Source: an uncultured Eubacteriales bacterium
Lineage (GTDB): Bacteria; Bacillota; Clostridia; Oscillospirales; Acutalibacteraceae
Length of the DNA stretch: 29,098 nucleotides
Direction of reading: 5' to 3'
NCBI GenBank assembly: GCA_964419825.1
Contig: CAYQRS010000001.1
Span: 1-29,098 of the forward strand
Positions 25,756-29,098 of this stretch are shown here, one piece after another; the first letter of the stretch is position 1; the number at the start of each line of letters is the position of its first letter. Position numbers and translations under genes: made by a program. The notes beneath the pieces were generated by a model. The model was not told where the DNA came from and did no database searches. It was given only the letters and a program-made list of their open reading frames with translations.

Positions 25756-25822
25756 GTTTTCGTATCTTATAAATGTAAGTGTAACTAATTTCAAATGCTT
25801 TTGAAAGGTTTGGTGTTTAATT

Positions 25823-26119
25823 ATGAAAAAATTAGCTTCAATTCTTGTAGCTGGTCTTATGATTTCAATGGTGTCGATGGTTGCATTCGCTGCTCCCAGC
25901 CCCACCGCTCCCACAATTTCCCCTGCTACTACCGATGCAAGCAGCAACGAAAAAGACACAACTGTCGAAGCTCCCGTTTCATCCGATAAGAACCCCTCAT
26001 CACCCGCAACAGGCTCAATTTCCGCTTCAATGAGCAAAACTGTTGTTGCTTCTGCGGCTGTTATCGTAACTCTTGCAGCAGCGGGCGTTTACACAAGCAA
26101 GAAAAAGAACGAAGAATAA
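25823..26119 (+). CDS. Very small S/T/P-rich cell-wall-anchored protein (sortase substrate)
   Basis: 98 aa; signal peptide ending AFA-A; SPATG at aa 60-64 (nt 26000-26014), then a hydrophobic helix and KKK tail. Confidence 0.8.
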   Translation: MKKLASILVAGLMISMVSMVAFAAPSPTAPTISPATTDASSNEKDTTVEAPVSSDKNPSSPATGSISASMSKTVVASAAVIVTLAAAGVYTSKKKNEE

Positions 26120-26141
26120 TTCTTCGCCGAATAATGCTTTT

Positions 26142-26175
26142 AAAGCCCCGATGTTCTTTTGAACTTGGGGCTTTT
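26142..26175 (+). terminator. Terminator-like hairpin between the mini-protein gene and srtB
   Basis: AAAGCCCC..GTTC/GAAC..GGGGCTTT followed by T residues. Confidence 0.65.
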
Positions 26176-26197
26176 CTGTTACAGAAAGGGAAGGACT

Positions 26198-27052
26198 ATG
26201 GAAAACAAAGAAAACCTTGCTTTGCAGCCGCAGGGCGGCGAACAGAGCGTGAAAAAGAAAGCTAACAGAGCAACCGTGATTTCGCTTGTGATTATCGTTG
26301 TGACGATTGTGTTCTGCCTTGGCTATATCGGCGTTGTCATTTGGCAAAACACCTCTGCCGAGCGCAGTTACGATAAGCTCAACGAGGTTATCAACAATGT
26401 TGATGAGGATAACGGCGGTGAGGAGGAACAGCCTGTTGACGAATCGGCAGTCGGTTCAAGCCCCGTTGATTTGCCTGCTCTTACCGAAATCAACAGCGAT
26501 GTTTACGCTTGGATAAGAATTCCCGGCACTTATGTCGATTATCCGATTGCACAAAGCACGGTTGAGGATAACTATTATCTCCACCGCTCAATCTACAAGC
26601 GCTATCTTTTTGCAGGTATGATTTACAGCCAGTCTGTCAATAAAACCGATTTTTCTGACCCCGTAACGGTTATTTACGGTCACAATATGCGCAACAAGAC
26701 GATGTTCGGCTCGCTCCATTCCTTTGAGGATAAGGACTTTTTTGAGCAGCACGATGCTTTCTATATTTATACGAAGGACCGTGTTTTGACCTATAAAATC
26801 GTTTCCGCTTACAAATACGATAACCGCCACATTATGAACGCTTTTGATTTTACGGACAGCGAAACGCTTGAAAATTATCAGAATTATGTTCTCAACCCGA
26901 TTTCAACGCTCCGCAACGTGCGTGAGGGTGTCAGCTTGACTGAGGATAGCAAGCTTGTCGTTTTAAGCACCTGTATGGGTAACGATAAGAAATCGAGATT
27001 TTTGGTGAACGGAGTGTTGGTCAGCGATGTTGCGATTGAACAAGAGCAGTGA
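26198..27052 (+). CDS. srtB: Class B sortase
   Basis: ATG 26198 after GGAAGG; N-terminal TM; AWIRIPGT.VDYPI, YGHNM (His), LSTC (Cys) and SRFLV (Arg). Confidence 0.92.
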   Translation: MENKENLALQPQGGEQSVKKKANRATVISLVIIVVTIVFCLGYIGVVIWQNTSAERSYDKLNEVINNVDEDNGGEEEQPVDESAVGSSPVDLPALTEINSDVYAWIRIPGTYVDYPIAQSTVEDNYYLHRSIYKRYLFAGMIYSQSVNKTDFSDPVTVIYGHNMRNKTMFGSLHSFEDKDFFEQHDAFYIYTKDRVLTYKIVSAYKYDNRHIMNAFDFTDSETLENYQNYVLNPISTLRNVREGVSLTEDSKLVVLSTCMGNDKKSRFLVNGVLVSDVAIEQEQ

Positions 27053-28079
27053 TGAGGCTTCGGCTGTGAACAGCTCAAAAGGCAAAAAAGCTTTGCTGAT
27101 TGTGGCGGCTGTGCTGTTTTTGATTGTTGCAGGCGGCGCAAGCACCGTGCTTATCTTACAGCAACGGGGCAAGGAAATGGCTTCGTTTGACGATGCCGAA
27201 ATCATTGCCGCAGAGGATGCTGTTGCCGAGGATGACGGCAAAACCGTGCAATACAACGGCAAAACCTACCGCCTTAACGAAAATGTCGCTTCGGTTGCCT
27301 GCCTCGGCGTTGACAAAACAAGCTTGGGTACGGTGTCGAACAAAATCGGCACGGGCGGTCAGGCTGATACAAATATGGTTCTCGCAATCGATACTGCAAG
27401 CGGCAAGGTCACGGTCATCGCAATCCCCCGTGACACGATGGTCGATGTCGATGTTTATACGGTTGTCGGCGAATACACAGGCTGTAAAAACGAACAGCTT
27501 TGCCTTGCTTACGCCTATGGCGATGGCAAGCACATAAGCTGTGAAAACGCCGTGCGCTCAATCGAGCGTGTGCTTTTCGGTATGCCTGTCAATTCCTATG
27601 TTTCGATTGATATGGACGGAGTTGCCGCCTTGAATGACGCTGTCGGCGGCGTTAAGGTTACCTCGCCCGAAACGATAGATAGCTTCACCGCAGGCAAAAC
27701 AATAACCCTTTACGGCAAAAATGCCCTCGAATTTGTTAAAGCCCGTGGCGATGATACCAACGCAAGCTCACGCCGCCTTGAACGCCAAAAGCTTTACATA
27801 AAAGCCTTTGCTCAAAAAGCGGTCAGCGCCGCAAAAAAGGATTTCGGCACGGTCACAAGGCTTTATAACACCGCATCAAAATATTGCTGTACGAATGTCG
27901 GCTTGAGCCGAGTGACTTATCTCGCATCGTCCTTGCTCTCCAAGGGCGTGAATGATTTGGATATCGTTTCTATCCCTGGCGAGATGAAAATGGGCGAAAA
28001 ATACAGCGAGTTTTATATTGACACTGCCGCAACATACGAGCTTATACTCGATGTTTATTACACCGAAGTAACCGAATAA
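27027..28079 (+). CDS. LCP (LytR-CpsA-Psr) family glycopolymer transferase
   Basis: N-terminal TM; GQADT, IPRDT, AYAYG, VDAVGG-like LNDAVGGV, FVKAR and RLERQ; overlaps the end of srtB. Confidence 0.92.
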   Translation: MLRLNKSSDEASAVNSSKGKKALLIVAAVLFLIVAGGASTVLILQQRGKEMASFDDAEIIAAEDAVAEDDGKTVQYNGKTYRLNENVASVACLGVDKTSLGTVSNKIGTGGQADTNMVLAIDTASGKVTVIAIPRDTMVDVDVYTVVGEYTGCKNEQLCLAYAYGDGKHISCENAVRSIERVLFGMPVNSYVSIDMDGVAALNDAVGGVKVTSPETIDSFTAGKTITLYGKNALEFVKARGDDTNASSRRLERQKLYIKAFAQKAVSAAKKDFGTVTRLYNTASKYCCTNVGLSRVTYLASSLLSKGVNDLDIVSIPGEMKMGEKYSEFYIDTAATYELILDVYYTEVTE

Positions 28080-28082
28080 AAC

Positions 28083-28157
28083 AAAAAAGTCAACTGCGTT
28101 TGAGCCGCTTAAATAATTCAGAGTGGCTCGCATCTTGCGGTTGACTTTTAATTTTTT
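28083..28157 (+). terminator. Long imperfect hairpin terminator after the LCP gene
   Basis: AAAAGTCAACTGC/GCGGTTGACTTTT outer stem and GAGCCGCT/AGTGGCTC inner stem, followed by T-runs. Confidence 0.65.
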
Positions 28158-28168
28158 CAAGCTATAAT
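28141..28168 (+). promoter_or_regulatory. sigma70 promoter of the downstream lipoprotein gene
   Basis: TTGACT (28141-28146), N16, TATAAT (28163-28168); AAAGGAG RBS before ATG 28192. Confidence 0.6.
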
Positions 28169-28191
28169 GGTGGTGAAAGGAGTTGTAAAAG

Positions 28192-28926
28192 ATGAAAACA
28201 AAAATTCTTGCGTTAGTTGTCTGCTTGGCAATGATGCTCTGCGCCTGCTTCTTTAGTCCGAGTGAATCGGTGAACACAGTTGAGGTTAACGGCGGCAAGA
28301 GCTTCGCTTCTGCGCTTGAAAACAAAGCCAATTTCGAGTTCAAAATCGAAAAAGACGGTTTGTACAGCATTTTCTGCGGCGGCAAAAACCTCGATGAGGA
28401 TGGCTGCACCTTTAGTATTATAAGCAAGGCTGATGGAAGCGTTGTTGCGGAAAATGTTATGATCCACCGCACGGAATGGCTCTCACGCAACCTTTTCCTC
28501 AAAAGCGGCGAATATGCTCTCAATCTCACCTGCGCTGACGATGTTACGCAGGCTGAATGTGAAATCAAAACCGCAAAGGGATATGAAAACGCCAAATGGC
28601 TCACTGCCGATGCAATCGGCGATGAAGCGATGAGCCTGCCGCTCAATGTTGCATCCTTCGGTGAGGAGATTAGCTTCAAAATTCAGCTCGACGGCTCAAT
28701 GGAAAAAATCCACGCCGAATTTGACGGCATTAACACTTACTACGATAGCTGTGATGCTTTTCAAGTGAAAATGCTCGATTCGCAGGGCAAAACGGTATAT
28801 GATGAATATGTCGATTACGGCGGCTGTATGATTGATGCTCGGGAATTCAGCGGCGAATATACCCTTGTTCTCACGCCCGATTCCTCAAATTCCACCGCAA
28901 GCATTGCGTTTGCCGAAAAAGCTTAA
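28192..28926 (+). CDS. Hypothetical lipoprotein with beta-rich extracellular domains
   Basis: 244 aa; MKTKILALVVCLAMMLCAC lipoprotein-type signal; own RBS and terminator. Confidence 0.7.
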   Translation: MKTKILALVVCLAMMLCACFFSPSESVNTVEVNGGKSFASALENKANFEFKIEKDGLYSIFCGGKNLDEDGCTFSIISKADGSVVAENVMIHRTEWLSRNLFLKSGEYALNLTCADDVTQAECEIKTAKGYENAKWLTADAIGDEAMSLPLNVASFGEEISFKIQLDGSMEKIHAEFDGINTYYDSCDAFQVKMLDSQGKTVYDEYVDYGGCMIDAREFSGEYTLVLTPDSSNSTASIAFAEKA

Positions 28927-28942
28927 CCAACCGAATAAAAAT

Positions 28943-28972
28943 AAAAGCACGCTCCGAGTGGGCGTGCTTTTT
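28943..28972 (+). terminator. Intrinsic terminator of the lipoprotein gene
   Basis: AAAAGCACGCTC/GGGCGTGCTTTT stem plus T-run. Confidence 0.85.
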
Positions 28973-29011
28973 GTTTGCATCAATTTGTTTAAATAAACCT
29001 GCGTTAAAGCG

Positions 29012-29059
29012 AAAAAAGAAAAAAGAAAAACACCCTCTATCTCTTGACAGAAGGCGTTT
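29012..29059 (-). terminator. Intrinsic terminator downstream of the tRNA
   Basis: Minus strand AAACGCCTTCT/AGAGGGTGTTT stem (G-U pairs) followed by a long U-tract. Confidence 0.7.
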
Positions 29060-29063
29060 GCTG

Positions 29064-29098
29064 TGGTGACCCGGACGGGAATCGAACCCGTGTTACCG
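29064..29098 (-). tRNA. 3' half of a tRNA, most likely tRNA-Glu (anticodon outside the window)
   Basis: Minus strand CGGTAACACGGGTTCGATTCCCGTCCGGGTCACCA: TpsiC loop GGTTCGA, encoded CCA; GGTAAC short variable region typical of Bacillota tRNA-Glu. Confidence 0.85.

Noticed and set aside
27876-28679. 267-aa minus-strand ORF
   Set aside because: Crosses two real genes and a terminator on the opposite strand; no recognisable motifs.
1-29098. Mobile element, CRISPR array or defence system
   Set aside because: No integrase, transposase, cas, phage or nuclease motifs, and no repeat-spacer array was seen by eye.

Overview
Chromosomal segment of a Clostridia-type Bacillota genome (probably Oscillospirales gut anaerobe; inferred from gene content and sigma70 promoters). 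No integrase, transposase, CRISPR array or prophage gene is visible. Left to right: (1) a minus-strand catabolic operon running off the left edge: SCP2-like protein, GSA-aminomutase-like class III aminotransferase, split transketolase with atypical substrate residues, second SCP2-like protein, extended SDR; (2) a secreted metallophosphoesterase; (3) a TPR/Zn-finger membrane protein plus a small membrane protein; (4) a GPH-type MFS transporter with a ~310 aa C-terminal extension; (5) maf; (6) a Fur/Zur regulator with znuA and znuC but no permease; (7) three secreted lipid-hydrolase-like genes (ceramidase-like plus two lipase paralogs); (8) a propeller-like protein, minimal SufC-SufB/D pair, MFS transporter and foldase-like lipoprotein; (9) a tiny S/T/P-rich sortase substrate, class B sortase and LCP enzyme; (10) a lipoprotein and the 3' half of a tRNA-Glu-like gene. 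Two hypotheses stand out, both inferences: a transaminase-transketolase route for lipid 2-amino-1,3-diols (sphingoid bases), and a sortase/LCP mini-peptide scaffold for surface glycans.
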